Source of the DNA: Candidatus Eiseniibacteriota bacterium
GTDB taxonomy: Bacteria > Eisenbacteria > RBG-16-71-46 > CAVPCR01
NCBI GenBank assembly: GCA_963702435.1
Contig: CAVPCR010000001.1
Coordinates: 512,001 to 576,000, forward strand
Reading direction: 5' to 3'
Length of the DNA: 64,000 bases
Within the stretch, counting starts at the first letter, position 1. Each line of letters begins with the position of its first letter. Positions 51,022-60,373 of the stretch are shown in pieces. Both the position numbers and the translations under genes were made by a program. The notes beneath the pieces were generated by a model, which was given only the letters and a program-made list of their open reading frames with translations, was not told where the DNA came from and searched no databases.

Positions 51022-51933
51022 TCAGGCGCTCCTTGCCCGGCGGGGGCCGGGCGAGCCTCGGCGCCGCGCGCCGGCCCGGGCCCGCTCCCCCGCGGCCTCC
51101 TCCCCCGCGGGGACCTCTTGGCCCCGGTCCCCGCGGGCGGCCCCGGACTCGCCGGCCCGCGCCCTGGCCCCGGCCCGGGCATCCTTTCGCGCGAGACCGG
51201 CCACGACCACGGTCACCTCGCCCCGCGGCTCGGCGCCGTCCCGGGCTCTGAGATAGGCGGCAGCCGGCCCTCGCCAGATCTCCTCGAAGCGCTTGGTGAG
51301 CTCGCGGCCGACCGCGATCTCCCGATCTCCGAGGATGGTCACGACATCGGCCACGAGCGCGAGAACGCGCGATGGGGCCTCGAAGAAGATGAGGGTGTGG
51401 GGCAGCGCGGCGAGATCCGCCAGCATCCGTTGCCGCGGGCCGGGCTTTCGCGGCGGGAAACCCTGGACCAGGAAGCGATCGGTCGGAAGGCCCGAGGCGG
51501 CGAGGGCGCACAGCGCGGCCGAGGGACCCGGCACGGCCACCACGGGCGCCCCGGCGGCAAGCGCGGCGCGCACCAGGCGATAGCCCGGATCGGAGACCCC
51601 CGGCGTGCCGGCATCGGTGACGAGGGCGACCGCCTCGCCGGCGCGCAGGCGCTCGGCGAGCCGGGGCGCCATGCGCGCCTCGTTGTGCTCGTGGTAGGGC
51701 TCGACGATCCGTCCCGCGAGGCCGTGCCGCGCGAGCAGCATGCGCGTCCGGCGCGAGTCCTCGGCAGCGATCCGATCCACGTGGCCGAGCACGTCGAGTG
51801 CGCGGAGGGTCACGTCGGCCAGGTTCCCGATCGGAGTCGCCACCACGTACAGGGTGCCGGGGACGACGGGGCGCGCCGCCGTCGCATCCTCGCCGGCGGC
51901 GGGGCCGCCCTCCTCCGCGCGCGGGGGCGGCAC
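51022..51933 (-). CDS. rsmI: 16S rRNA (cytidine1402-2'-O)-methyltransferase
   Basis: GTLYVVATPIGNL, AEDSR, DAGTPGVSDPG, VPGPSA, RELTKRFEE, RGE; start approximate. Confidence 0.93.
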   Translation of the reverse strand: MPPPRAEEGGPAAGEDATAARPVVPGTLYVVATPIGNLADVTLRALDVLGHVDRIAAEDSRRTRMLLARHGLAGRIVEPYHEHNEARMAPRLAERLRAGEAVALVTDAGTPGVSDPGYRLVRAALAAGAPVVAVPGPSAALCALAASGLPTDRFLVQGFPPRKPGPRQRMLADLAALPHTLIFFEAPSRVLALVADVVTILGDREIAVGRELTKRFEEIWRGPAAAYLRARDGAEPRGEVTVVVAGLARKDARAGARARAGESGAARGDRGQEVPAGEEAAGERARAGARRRGSPGPRRARSA

Positions 51934-51937
51934 GGAC

Positions 51938-52831
51938 CTAGATCCCCCAGTCCCGGGGATCCCGGAAGTCGCGCCCCGCCGCGCGCACGGAGAGCTTGGC
52001 GATGAGCGGCATCCGGCGCTTGAACTGGCTCGTGCTGATCTTCTGCTCGACCTCGGCGATGAACGACGGCGCGAAGCCGTGCTCCTCCACCTCGGCCGCC
52101 GTGAGCCGGCGATCGACGAGGAGATGGAGCAGGAGGTCAACCTCCGCGTAGGTGAACCCGAGCTCGCCCTCGTCGGTCTGACCGGGCCACAGCCCGGCGC
52201 TCGGGGGCTTCGCGATGATCGGCTCGGGCAGGCCCAGGTGCTGCGAGAGAGCGCGCACCTGCGTCTTGTAGAGATCGCCGAGCGGATTGAGGGCGCACGC
52301 GAGGTCGCCGTAGAGGGTGCCGTAGCCGAGGAGCATTTCCGACTTGTTGCTCGTCCCGACGACCAGGGCGCGGTCGCGCATCGAGCGGTCGAAGAGCACC
52401 GCCATGCGCATCCGCGCCATGAAGTTCCCGCGCCGGAGCGGGGTGGCAGTGGGGTCGGCCGCGAAGTGCGCGTCGACGAGCGGCGCGATGTCGACGATCT
52501 CGACGGAGAGCGCGAGGTGCCGCGCGACGAGCTCGGCGTCGGCCACCGACTCGGCCCCGAGGCCCAACCGCCCGTAGGGCATGAGCACCCCGGACACGTT
52601 CGCCGCCCCGAGCGCGCGGACGGCGAGGGCGGCGGCGAGACTCGAGTCAATACCGCCGGAGAGCCCGAGCAAGGCGCGCTCGAAGCCGGCCTTCCGGATC
52701 TCCTCGCGGAGGAAACGCGAGAGGATGTCGGCGAGCATGGCCGGATCCGCGGCCGTGAGCTCGCGAGCGGCCGCCTCCCGCCCTTGCGCCTGGTCGCCTT
52801 GCGCCTCGCCGCTTGTCGCCTCGTCGCTCAT
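51938..52831 (-). CDS. nadE: NAD+ synthetase (single-domain)
   Basis: GLSGGIDS, GNFMARMRM, GTSNKSE, GYGTLYGD, DLYKTQV, PSAGLW.GQTDE. Confidence 0.95.
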   Translation of the reverse strand: MSDEATSGEAQGDQAQGREAAARELTAADPAMLADILSRFLREEIRKAGFERALLGLSGGIDSSLAAALAVRALGAANVSGVLMPYGRLGLGAESVADAELVARHLALSVEIVDIAPLVDAHFAADPTATPLRRGNFMARMRMAVLFDRSMRDRALVVGTSNKSEMLLGYGTLYGDLACALNPLGDLYKTQVRALSQHLGLPEPIIAKPPSAGLWPGQTDEGELGFTYAEVDLLLHLLVDRRLTAAEVEEHGFAPSFIAEVEQKISTSQFKRRMPLIAKLSVRAAGRDFRDPRDWGI

Positions 52832-53128
52832 GGCTCGTCCTCCCTCCCGGTGGTCCCGCGCGCGGCGCGCCGGGCGAGCACGCGGGCGCGCTCGCGCCGG
52901 GTCAGTGCGGCGTCCTCATCCCACACGTGGCGCAAGCCTCCGCTCCCGGAGGAGGTCGCGGCGATCCACGATGCCGAAGACGAGGCACTCGTCGAAGAAG
53001 GGCGCCGCCGCCACCAGCGCTCCGCCCGGCGCAATTATCCGCGACCCGCCCCAGAAATTGACGCCGTCCTCGAATCCCACCCGGTTGACGAAGACCGGCG
53101 CCGGCTCCGTCGCGGGGGAACGATTCAT
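52828..53128 (-). pseudogene. Remnant of a carbon-nitrogen hydrolase (nitrilase/glutaminase partner of NadE): internal deletion plus frameshift
   Basis: ATG overlapping the ltaE stop leads after ~10 codons directly to VFVNRVGFEDGVNFWGGSRIIAPGG; the tail DEDAALTRRE is in another frame and ends overlapping the nadE start. Confidence 0.75.
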
Positions 53129-54180
53129 GACTCGACCGCCGCGGCCGGCGCGCCGGCGAGGACCGCGGCCACCGCCCGGGCGGCGCGGAGGATCTCGTCC
53201 CGCCCGACATCGAGGTGCGTGACTGCGCGGATCATCGTCCCGCCGAAGGGCACCAGGAGGACGTCGCGGGCGCGGAGCGCGGCCAGCACCTTCTCGACCG
53301 GGAGGCCGCTCGCAGCGATGTCGAAGAGGACGATGTTGGTCTCGACCGCCTCCGGCGCGATGGCCACCCCCGGGATCGACTCGAGCTCCCGGGCCAGGAG
53401 GGCCGCGTTCCGGTGATCCTCGACCAGGCGTTCGCGGTGATGGTCGAGCGCGTAGAGGCAGGCGGCGGCCAGGATCCCGACCTGGCGCATGCCGCCGCCG
53501 TACTTCTTGCGCTCGCGCCGCGCGAGCGCGATGAAGTCCCGCGATCCGGTCAGCACCGATCCGATCGGGGCGCCGAGGCCCTTCGAGAAACAGACGAGCA
53601 CCGAGTCGGCGAGCGCGCCGTACGCGGTGAGCGGTGTTCCGGTCGCGGCCGCGGCGTTCCACAGGCGCGCCCCGTCGAGATGGAGCGCGAGCCCGTGCGC
53701 GCGCGTGAAGCGGTGGACCGCGGCCAGCGCCGCGAGCGGAACGATGCGCCCGCCGGCGCGGTTGTGCGTGTTCTCGAGGCAGACGAGGCGGGACCGCGGA
53801 TGGTGGGGATCGTCCGGGCGGAGGAGAGGAGCCAGATCCTCCGGGGCGAGCGCTCCGGCGCGACCGGGGACCGGCCGGAGCTGGACGCCGGAGAGCGCGG
53901 CCGCCGCGCCGCCCTCGTATTGCCAGATGTGAGCGCCGGCCTCGAGCAGGACCTCGTCACCCGGCCGCGTGTGGCAGCGGACGGCGAGCTGGTTCCCCAT
54001 CGTGCCCGAGGGGACGAAGAGCGCCGCCTCGTGACCGAGGAGCTCCGCCGCCCGCGCCTCGAGCGCGAGCGCGGTGGGATCGTCCCCGAAGACATCGTCC
54101 CCCACCTCGGCCTCCGCGATGGCGCGGCGCATGCCCGGAGTCGGCCGGGTGACCGTGTCGCTCCTCAGGTCGATGACCAC
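53125..54180 (-). CDS. ltaE: Low-specificity L-threonine aldolase
   Basis: [57 protein letters not shown]. Confidence 0.95.
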   Translation of the reverse strand: MVIDLRSDTVTRPTPGMRRAIAEAEVGDDVFGDDPTALALEARAAELLGHEAALFVPSGTMGNQLAVRCHTRPGDEVLLEAGAHIWQYEGGAAAALSGVQLRPVPGRAGALAPEDLAPLLRPDDPHHPRSRLVCLENTHNRAGGRIVPLAALAAVHRFTRAHGLALHLDGARLWNAAAATGTPLTAYGALADSVLVCFSKGLGAPIGSVLTGSRDFIALARRERKKYGGGMRQVGILAAACLYALDHHRERLVEDHRNAALLARELESIPGVAIAPEAVETNIVLFDIAASGLPVEKVLAALRARDVLLVPFGGTMIRAVTHLDVGRDEILRAARAVAAVLAGAPAAAVES

Positions 54181-54231
54181 CAGAGACTCCGCGGGCCGGG
54201 GCCGGCGCCCGGTCGGGGTGGGGCGCCCACG

Positions 54232-54510
54232 CTAGGCCTGGGACACCATCTCCTTGAGCTCCTTCGACACCTTGAAGACCGGCACCTTGCGGGCCGGGAC
54301 GTTCACCGGGTCGCCGGTCCGCGGGTTGCGGGCCACCCGCGACCTCCGATCCTTGACCTTGAAGGTGCCGAACCCTCGAATCTCGATGTGGTTGCCGGTG
54401 CTCAGCGCCTTGCAGACGGCATGCAGGAACTCGTCGACCGTGTCCGCCACGTCCTTCTTGGTCAGACCGGTCTTCTCGGAGATCGAGTCTACGATGTCCG
54501 CTTTGGTCAT
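54232..54510 (-). CDS. HU/IHF family DNA-binding protein
   Basis: MTKADIV, IEIRGFGTF, ARNPRTG, VPVFKVSKELK. Confidence 0.93.
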   Translation of the reverse strand: MTKADIVDSISEKTGLTKKDVADTVDEFLHAVCKALSTGNHIEIRGFGTFKVKDRRSRVARNPRTGDPVNVPARKVPVFKVSKELKEMVSQA

Positions 54511-54559
54511 GGCCGTTCCTCCTCGGATGGCGATGCATCCCAGCGCCATCGCCGCCTGT

Positions 54560-54589
54560 AACCTACTAGGACTCCAGGGCTTTCGTCAA
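54560..54589 (-). promoter_or_regulatory. Putative sigma70 promoter of the HU-ltaE-nadE operon
   Basis: TTGACG-N18-TAGGTT on the minus strand, ~50 nt upstream of the HU start. Confidence 0.45.
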
Positions 54590-54797
54590 CAGACAGAAGG
54601 ACGGCCCGGCGGCGCCGGTGCGAAACCCCACCGCCGGTCGGACCGAAGAACGCGGGCTCCGGACCGGCGACGGGACCACGTTCTCAGCTCGATCGAGCTC
54701 GCACGAACGGACTCGAAGCGGCACCGAGGCAGCGCCGAAACCGGATCGATCGAGCGGTCGACATGGCGACTACCCCGGTCTCCGGGTCGCGAGGAGG

Positions 54798-54826
54798 TTG
54801 ACTTTTGGAGAGAAGTTTGCTAGTGT
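54798..54826 (+). promoter_or_regulatory. Sigma70 promoter of the candidate ncRNA
   Basis: TTGACT-N17-TAGTGT with extended TGn. Confidence 0.6.
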
Positions 54827-54831
54827 ATGGT

Positions 54832-54964
54832 GTGAGAGGAGCGTGAGCTTAGTCCCTGCTGATTTCGTGAACGCCCCGCTTCGAGCATAGTCAGATACTT
54901 CGAGCATCTGCCCGTAAGGCAGAGTGGGGTTTACGATTCGAGTGGGGACCCTCTCGCTTTTTTT
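54832..54964 (+). ncRNA. Candidate stand-alone structured small RNA (~130 nt), family not recognised
   Basis: Own promoter; nested pairings gtgagagg/cctctcgc, gtccctgct/agtggggac, tcgtgaac/gtttacga, ccccgct/agtgggg; apical hairpin tctgcc-cgtaa-ggcaga; ends in T7. Confidence 0.62.
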
Positions 54965-55018
54965 GCCCTCTTCTCCCCTCCTCGGCCTCCTCCTCCCCTC
55001 CAATTCGCGATCGGATCG

Positions 55019-55966
55019 CTAGCGCCCGCCGCTTCCGGCTCCGTCCCCCGTCGGTTCGAGGCGCACGCGGAAGCGGGTGACCATCGGCTTCACCACCACT
55101 CCTGCCACCGTGTCCACCCGCCCGGCCACCGTATGCACGCCCGGCCCGAGCCCGCGGGCGTCGACGAGGACCGAGAGGCCGGCCGGTGCCAGGACCTCGA
55201 CCAGATCGCTGAGCCCCTCGAGGCGCACCGCGCTCGATTCGGGCGCGACCGCCGCGCGGAGCCCGCTGTCGGCCATGGCCCGGACCCGCACTCCCCCGAC
55301 CTCGCGGGTGGCCGCCCGCTCGACGGCCACCTCGACCTCCACCTCGGGCGGATCCGGCACCAGCTCGGCCCGCGGCCGCGCGACCGGGAACAGCCCGGCG
55401 GCCGCCCCGCGGAACCCGCGCACGTCCACCGGCCCCACGAGGAGGCTGTCCGGTCCGGGGAGGAACCGCGACGGCCCGCGGAGCATGACCGCGCGCGGGG
55501 CCACCTGGTAGCCGCGGAGCGCGTAGCCCGGGGGCGGGGCGCCTGCAAAGCGCACCGCCACCGGCACCGAGCGGGCGGTCACCCGATCGAACTCGAGCGC
55601 GAGCAGGCGCGGCTCGATGACCGCGATGACCTCGGCGTCGCTCACTCCCGGCATGCGTACATCCGCCGTCGAGACCGAGTGGTAGAAGCGCCCGCGGCGC
55701 GCGGCCGACAGATCCACCTCGATCTCCGGCGACCGCCACTTGAGCTTGATGAGCTCCTTGCCGCGACCGCGCAGGAGCACGAGCGCGCGCGCCGGCGGCT
55801 CGCCCACGACCGCCAGGCTGTCCGGCTGCCGCACGAGCGCGATCGGCAGCCAGAACTGCCCGTCGTGCACCTGGTCGGTGTAGACATGCAGGTAGATCAC
55901 GACGCCGATCGCGATCGAGGCCAGCTTGAGCCCGAGGTTGTGGCGGATGAAGTACGGCAGGGTCAT
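55019..55966 (-). CDS. YbbR/CdaR family protein
   Basis: HNLGLKLASIAIGVVIYLHV TM anchor then three YbbR-like beta domains (VDLS, P..V.LRGP). Confidence 0.82.
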   Translation of the reverse strand: MTLPYFIRHNLGLKLASIAIGVVIYLHVYTDQVHDGQFWLPIALVRQPDSLAVVGEPPARALVLLRGRGKELIKLKWRSPEIEVDLSAARRGRFYHSVSTADVRMPGVSDAEVIAVIEPRLLALEFDRVTARSVPVAVRFAGAPPPGYALRGYQVAPRAVMLRGPSRFLPGPDSLLVGPVDVRGFRGAAAGLFPVARPRAELVPDPPEVEVEVAVERAATREVGGVRVRAMADSGLRAAVAPESSAVRLEGLSDLVEVLAPAGLSVLVDARGLGPGVHTVAGRVDTVAGVVVKPMVTRFRVRLEPTGDGAGSGGR

Positions 55967-56236
55967 CGGCGATCAGCGGTCATCGGCGAACCATGGGATC
56001 ATCGGCCAATCAGCGGACCGATGGGCGATCGGCGGCGTGCCGGCGGCCGGCGTTCGGCGGCCGGCGGCCGGCGTTCGGCGGGGCGCCGGCGGCCGGCGCG
56101 GATTATTGATCATTGGCGCGAATAGTTACTGCAAGCCGGAGGGCAGGACGGGCCCCGGTCGGTCGCCGCGCGCAGCGCCCCCGGCGCAGCGCGCGGCCGC
56201 CCCGAGCGGGACATTACGGCGCGCGCCGCCGCCGCG

Positions 56237-57823
56237 TCAATCGAGGGTGAGGTCCGCCGCGAGCGGGACGATCTCGCGCGCCAGCGCCGGCGTGGCCCGG
56301 GCGTTGAGTCCGCCGGCGCCCGCGGCGAGCACGAGGACCTCGATCCCGGGATGCCGGCGCGCCCAGGCCAGCGCGGAGTCGGGACCGAGGACGAAGAGCC
56401 CGGTCGACAGGCAATCGGCGGCGAGCGCCTCCGCGGCGATGACGGTGACGCTCCCGAAGTCGGGGGCCGGTTCTCCGCTCCGCGGATCGAGGAGGTGACC
56501 GATCCGCATGCCGCCCGCAGCGAGTCCTCGTTCGCTGTTGCCCGAGGTGGCGATCGAGCCGGACCGCAGCGGGAGGTGGAGCGCCGCCCGCCCGCGGTCG
56601 CGCGGATCGGCGACCGCGATGAGAACCGGATCCGTCGCGCCGATCACGGCCACTTGCCCGCCGAGATCGAGCACCGCGCTCTCGATCGGGGACGCGCCGA
56701 GCGCGCGGAGCGCGGCGTCGAGCGCGGCTCCCTTCCCGAACGCGCCCTCGTCGATCGTGAGCCCGGGCGCGAGACGCATGGCCGATCGCCCGTCGAGGAC
56801 GAGCCGCGCCGAGAGGCCGGAAGCAGCGAGGGCGGCGGCGCGCTCGGCGGCGTCCGGAACGCGACCGCCGCGGCGCAGCCCCCAGGCATCCACGAGCGCT
56901 CCAACGCCGGGATCGAAGGCGCCGCCGGTCGCAACCACCCAGCGGCGGGCCGCGGCGAGCTCGGCCGCGAGCTCCGGTGACAGCGCGACCGGCCGGCCGA
57001 CCGGCGCGCGGTTCAGGCGCGCGAGCTCGGTGTCGTCCTGCCACGTGGAGAGCCGGAGCGTGGCCTGAGCGAAGACCGCAAGAACTCGCTCGCTCGCCTC
57101 GAGAGCTGCCGCCCGGGTATCCGCGGTGATCGACAGGCGGAGCACGGTGCCCATCATCGCGAGCTCCCGCTCGACCGTGGCGCCGCCGGCCGGGCGCGGC
57201 GCGGCGAGGAGGGTGCCCGCTGCCGCGAGGAGGACCAGCGTGCCGGTCCGCCGCGCGATCTCGGGGCGCCGGCCGACGAGCCGGGGGAGCGCCGCCCGGG
57301 AACGGCGCAGACCGGACCGATGGGCGATCTGGTGAGCCAGGTAGCCGCCGATCCAGAGCAGCGACGAGGCGACGTGCACGGCGACCCACACCGCTCGCCA
57401 TGACTCGTCGGTCGTGATCTGGAGGAGGGGACCGGAGACGATCATCGGTGCGAGAGCCGCGGTGGCGGCGAGCCCGCTCGCGCGCCGGCGGCTGTCCCGG
57501 GCGCGGAGCCCGGGCCACACATGCGCGCGCCAGAGGAGGCCTGCTGCGAACACGAGGAGCGGCGCAAACAGCACGTGGCCGTGCTGGACGGCGGGCTGCC
57601 AGGGATGATGCACGACGGCGTAGGGATCGGCCGGGCGGAGGAGATACCGCATCGCGGCGTAGAGGACCCCGCTCAACCCGACGATCGCGGTGGCCACATG
57701 GACGAACCAGACCGCTCCGCGGCCCATCGCCCCGCCGGCCGGCCCGATGGCCGTCCCCCCAGCCGCACGGCGCGCCGGCGTCGCGGCAGGCCGGCGCATC
57801 GCTGTGCGGACCGGCTCTTTCAC
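56237..57823 (-). CDS. apbE: Fusion of a His-rich membrane (cytochrome b-like) domain and FAD:protein FMN transferase ApbE
   Basis: ApbE motifs MMGT, LSTWQDDTELARLN, TGGAFDPGVG, GAFGKG, DLGGQ, ATSGNSER, GHLLDPRSG, ADCLSTGL; N-terminal TM helices with several His; GTGA overlap with upstream gene. Confidence 0.82.
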   Translation of the reverse strand: MKEPVRTAMRRPAATPARRAAGGTAIGPAGGAMGRGAVWFVHVATAIVGLSGVLYAAMRYLLRPADPYAVVHHPWQPAVQHGHVLFAPLLVFAAGLLWRAHVWPGLRARDSRRRASGLAATAALAPMIVSGPLLQITTDESWRAVWVAVHVASSLLWIGGYLAHQIAHRSGLRRSRAALPRLVGRRPEIARRTGTLVLLAAAGTLLAAPRPAGGATVERELAMMGTVLRLSITADTRAAALEASERVLAVFAQATLRLSTWQDDTELARLNRAPVGRPVALSPELAAELAAARRWVVATGGAFDPGVGALVDAWGLRRGGRVPDAAERAAALAASGLSARLVLDGRSAMRLAPGLTIDEGAFGKGAALDAALRALGASPIESAVLDLGGQVAVIGATDPVLIAVADPRDRGRAALHLPLRSGSIATSGNSERGLAAGGMRIGHLLDPRSGEPAPDFGSVTVIAAEALAADCLSTGLFVLGPDSALAWARRHPGIEVLVLAAGAGGLNARATPALAREIVPLAADLTLD

Positions 57824-58410
57824 GGTGCTTCCTTCCCCGGCGCCGCCCGCTCCCCGATCACTCGATCGAGGGCGAGCGCGCGGCGCACAGCGCCGGTCGT
57901 GGCGCGGGCGGTGAGGGTGGCCCCGGTGACGCCGCGAATCGCCCTCCCGAGCGCGAGCTCGGGCGCGAGTCCGCGCGTCTCGAACTGCTCGTACCAGGCA
58001 CCGCGCGGGAGATAATCCGGCGGTTCCTCGAAGGCGATCACCTCGACGCGCAGGACGTGCCCGACAGAGTCGACCGCGACCATCACTGTCTCGGCGAGCG
58101 TGCGCACCTGGTGCGTATCGAAGTAGACCGTGCCGCTCCATGAGCCGCCGCGCGTGGCGACGTACGGATGCACGATCGCGCTCGCGACAGGCGACCCGGC
58201 GAGCTCCGCGGCGCGCGCGAGCTCCGGTGCGCTCAGGTAGACCGTGCGCCGCTCGATCGCGGCGCCGGGAAAGGCGAGCGCCATCGCCTCCTCCATGCTC
58301 AGGAGGACCTTGCTCTCGGCGGCCGACGCCATCGCGATCCCGGCGAGGACGAACCAGAGGAGCGCCGGCGCCACGCGCCGCGGCTCAGAAGATGTAGCCG
58401 AGCGCGACAT
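57820..58410 (-). CDS. Extracytoplasmic FMN-binding protein (ApbE substrate)
   Basis: Signal/TM segment; FEEPPDY..WYEQF; flavinylation motif GVTGATLT. Confidence 0.85.
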   Translation of the reverse strand: MSRSATSSEPRRVAPALLWFVLAGIAMASAAESKVLLSMEEAMALAFPGAAIERRTVYLSAPELARAAELAGSPVASAIVHPYVATRGGSWSGTVYFDTHQVRTLAETVMVAVDSVGHVLRVEVIAFEEPPDYLPRGAWYEQFETRGLAPELALGRAIRGVTGATLTARATTGAVRRALALDRVIGERAAPGKEAP

Positions 58411-59701
58411 TGAACTGGTTCACCCCGGTGCCGGCCCCGTTGTCCACGTCCTGATAGTCGAGCTTCATGACGACCTGGTCGATCGGCTGGAAGGCGAGGC
58501 CGAAGGTCCAGATGTCCTGCTCGGTGGCGGGATTCGAGCTGAAGCCGGCGGGCACGGCGGCCTGCGTATCGAGCTGCTCGTAGCGGACGAAAGGCACGAG
58601 CGAGAGTTCGCCGCGCGGGCGGGCGCTGAAGACGTCGTACCCGGCCTCGATGTAGCCGCCGTTCTGCTCCTCGCCGACGACGACGGTCGCGGTCGTATCG
58701 CCGAGCGCCGCGCTCAGCGCGGCGGCGTCCCCGATCCAGGACCGGACGGCGAGGCCACGCAGGCGGAGCCCGCGCCAAAGCCATTCGCCGTGGCCCTCGA
58801 CGAGCGTGGTGGCGACCCCGATCTCGGTTCCGTCCGCTCCGGTAAGCCCCTGGCCGGACCGGCCGGCGTAGACCGAACCGCCGGCGAGAAGACCCGGCCG
58901 CCCGGTCCAGTCGAGCCGCCCGACCCAGGCCCAGTCCTCGGCGATCGAGCGCGCGCCACTCTGGCGGCCGCCGCGGATCCCGGCCGCGCTGAACCCGGCG
59001 GCGGAGAGCCCGGCGACGACGTAGCTGCGATAGCTCACCGGACCGACATCGCCGTACACCCCGGCGCCGTTCTCGCGCCAGGTGGTCGGGATGAGGACCT
59101 GCTCGACCGCCGGCCGGCGGGCCCCGAGGAACACGGTCGGCTCGTGCAGCTCGTTCACGAGACCCACGGGCAGGAGCAGGAGCCCGGCGCGCACGTTCAC
59201 CTCGGGCCGCCACAGGTAGTCCACGTAGGCGAACTCGACCGACACCTCACCACCCTTGCCGGTCGAGCCGTGCTCGAACTCGATCTCGGAGTTGAGGAGC
59301 CAGCGATCGGTGAACCGGTAGCCGACGTAGAGCACGGCGCGCAGATAGTCGAGGCGATCGGAACGCCCGCTCGCCAGGTCGTCGTCTCGCTCCGCCGCGA
59401 AGTTCTCATAGAGCATCTCGCCGTATCCGCCGACCGACACCCCGTGCTCGGTGCGATAGACCTTCGCGGCGGCCGGGCCGAGCCCGCGCTCGACCTGGTC
59501 GGGGACGGGGGCGGCGGCGGTGCCGAGGCGCTCCTTCTCGAGCTCGGCGGCGAGCACGTCGATGCGGCGGGAGAGCTCGGCGATCACCGAGTCGGTCGGG
59601 GCGGCGGCCGCCGCCGGGGGCGGCTCCTCAGCCGCGGCGGGCGCGGCGGCGCGGAGGCCGGCGAGAACGAGGGCGAGCGCCAACGGGATGCGTGACCGCA
59701 C
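58385..59701 (-). CDS. Outer-membrane porin (OprO/P-like beta-barrel)
   Basis: Signal peptide, coiled coil, SVGGYGE, RAVLYVGYRF, NSEIEFEHG, VEFAYVD, HEPTVF, C-terminal LGYIF. Confidence 0.8.
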   Translation of the reverse strand: MRSRIPLALALVLAGLRAAAPAAAEEPPPAAAAAPTDSVIAELSRRIDVLAAELEKERLGTAAAPVPDQVERGLGPAAAKVYRTEHGVSVGGYGEMLYENFAAERDDDLASGRSDRLDYLRAVLYVGYRFTDRWLLNSEIEFEHGSTGKGGEVSVEFAYVDYLWRPEVNVRAGLLLLPVGLVNELHEPTVFLGARRPAVEQVLIPTTWRENGAGVYGDVGPVSYRSYVVAGLSAAGFSAAGIRGGRQSGARSIAEDWAWVGRLDWTGRPGLLAGGSVYAGRSGQGLTGADGTEIGVATTLVEGHGEWLWRGLRLRGLAVRSWIGDAAALSAALGDTTATVVVGEEQNGGYIEAGYDVFSARPRGELSLVPFVRYEQLDTQAAVPAGFSSNPATEQDIWTFGLAFQPIDQVVMKLDYQDVDNGAGTGVNQFNVALGYIF

Positions 59702-60370
59702 TCATCCACTCCTTTTCACGTAGATGGCGGCAGCGAGACGGGCATCGACGGCGATCGCGGTCTCCCCCACCTCGACCACATGGGCGGGCCGCCGCTGCGC
59801 GAGACGCACGTTGACTCCGGGCACGAGTCCGAGCGCCCCCAGGCGCTCGAGACCGTCGATCCGGCCCTCGACGAAGGTGACGGTCGCCCGCTCGCCGACG
59901 CCGAGATCGGCGAGCCGGATGACGAGCGGGCGCAAGACGGTCTCGTAGGTGCCGCAGCACTCCCCGCGCGGAATGGCGCGCCCGTGCGGGCAGGTCGGCG
60001 GGTGCCCGAGGAGCGTGCAGATCGACACGGTGACCTCCGGCGACAGCACGTGCTCGAAGCGGCAGGCGTCCGCCGCGCTCGTCGCCGCATCGATGTCGAG
60101 CACGTCGTGGAGGAGCCGCTCGGCGAGCCGATGGCGGCGGACGATCGAGCGCGCGGCCGTCTCGCCGGCGGCGGTCAGCTCGATGTGCGCTCCGCCGCGA
60201 GCGAGAAGGCTCCGGCGTTCGAGCTCGCCGAGGACGAGATCCGGATGGTCCTCACCGGCCCGCGCGGCGCGGGCGACGAGCACGGAGCGATCGGCCACGC
60301 CCTCCTCGCGCATCACCCAGATGAGCTCGAGCAGCTCTTCGCTGCGTTCTTCCAGCGGGTTCTTGTGCAT
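59702..60370 (-). CDS. DtxR/IdeR/MntR family metal-dependent repressor with C-terminal FeoA domain
   Basis: LTAAGE...RRHRLAERLL, ACRFEH, GHPPTCPHGRAIP, FeoA-like LGLVPG. Confidence 0.9.
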   Translation of the reverse strand: MHKNPLEERSEELLELIWVMREEGVADRSVLVARAARAGEDHPDLVLGELERRSLLARGGAHIELTAAGETAARSIVRRHRLAERLLHDVLDIDAATSAADACRFEHVLSPEVTVSICTLLGHPPTCPHGRAIPRGECCGTYETVLRPLVIRLADLGVGERATVTFVEGRIDGLERLGALGLVPGVNVRLAQRRPAHVVEVGETAIAVDARLAAAIYVKRSG

Positions 60371-60373
60371 CTC

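Noticed and set aside
54832..54964. tRNA, SRP RNA or tmRNA assignment for the structured RNA
   Set aside because: No cloverleaf or CCA end, no SRP domain IV motif (CAGG...GGAA...AGCAG), and too short for tmRNA
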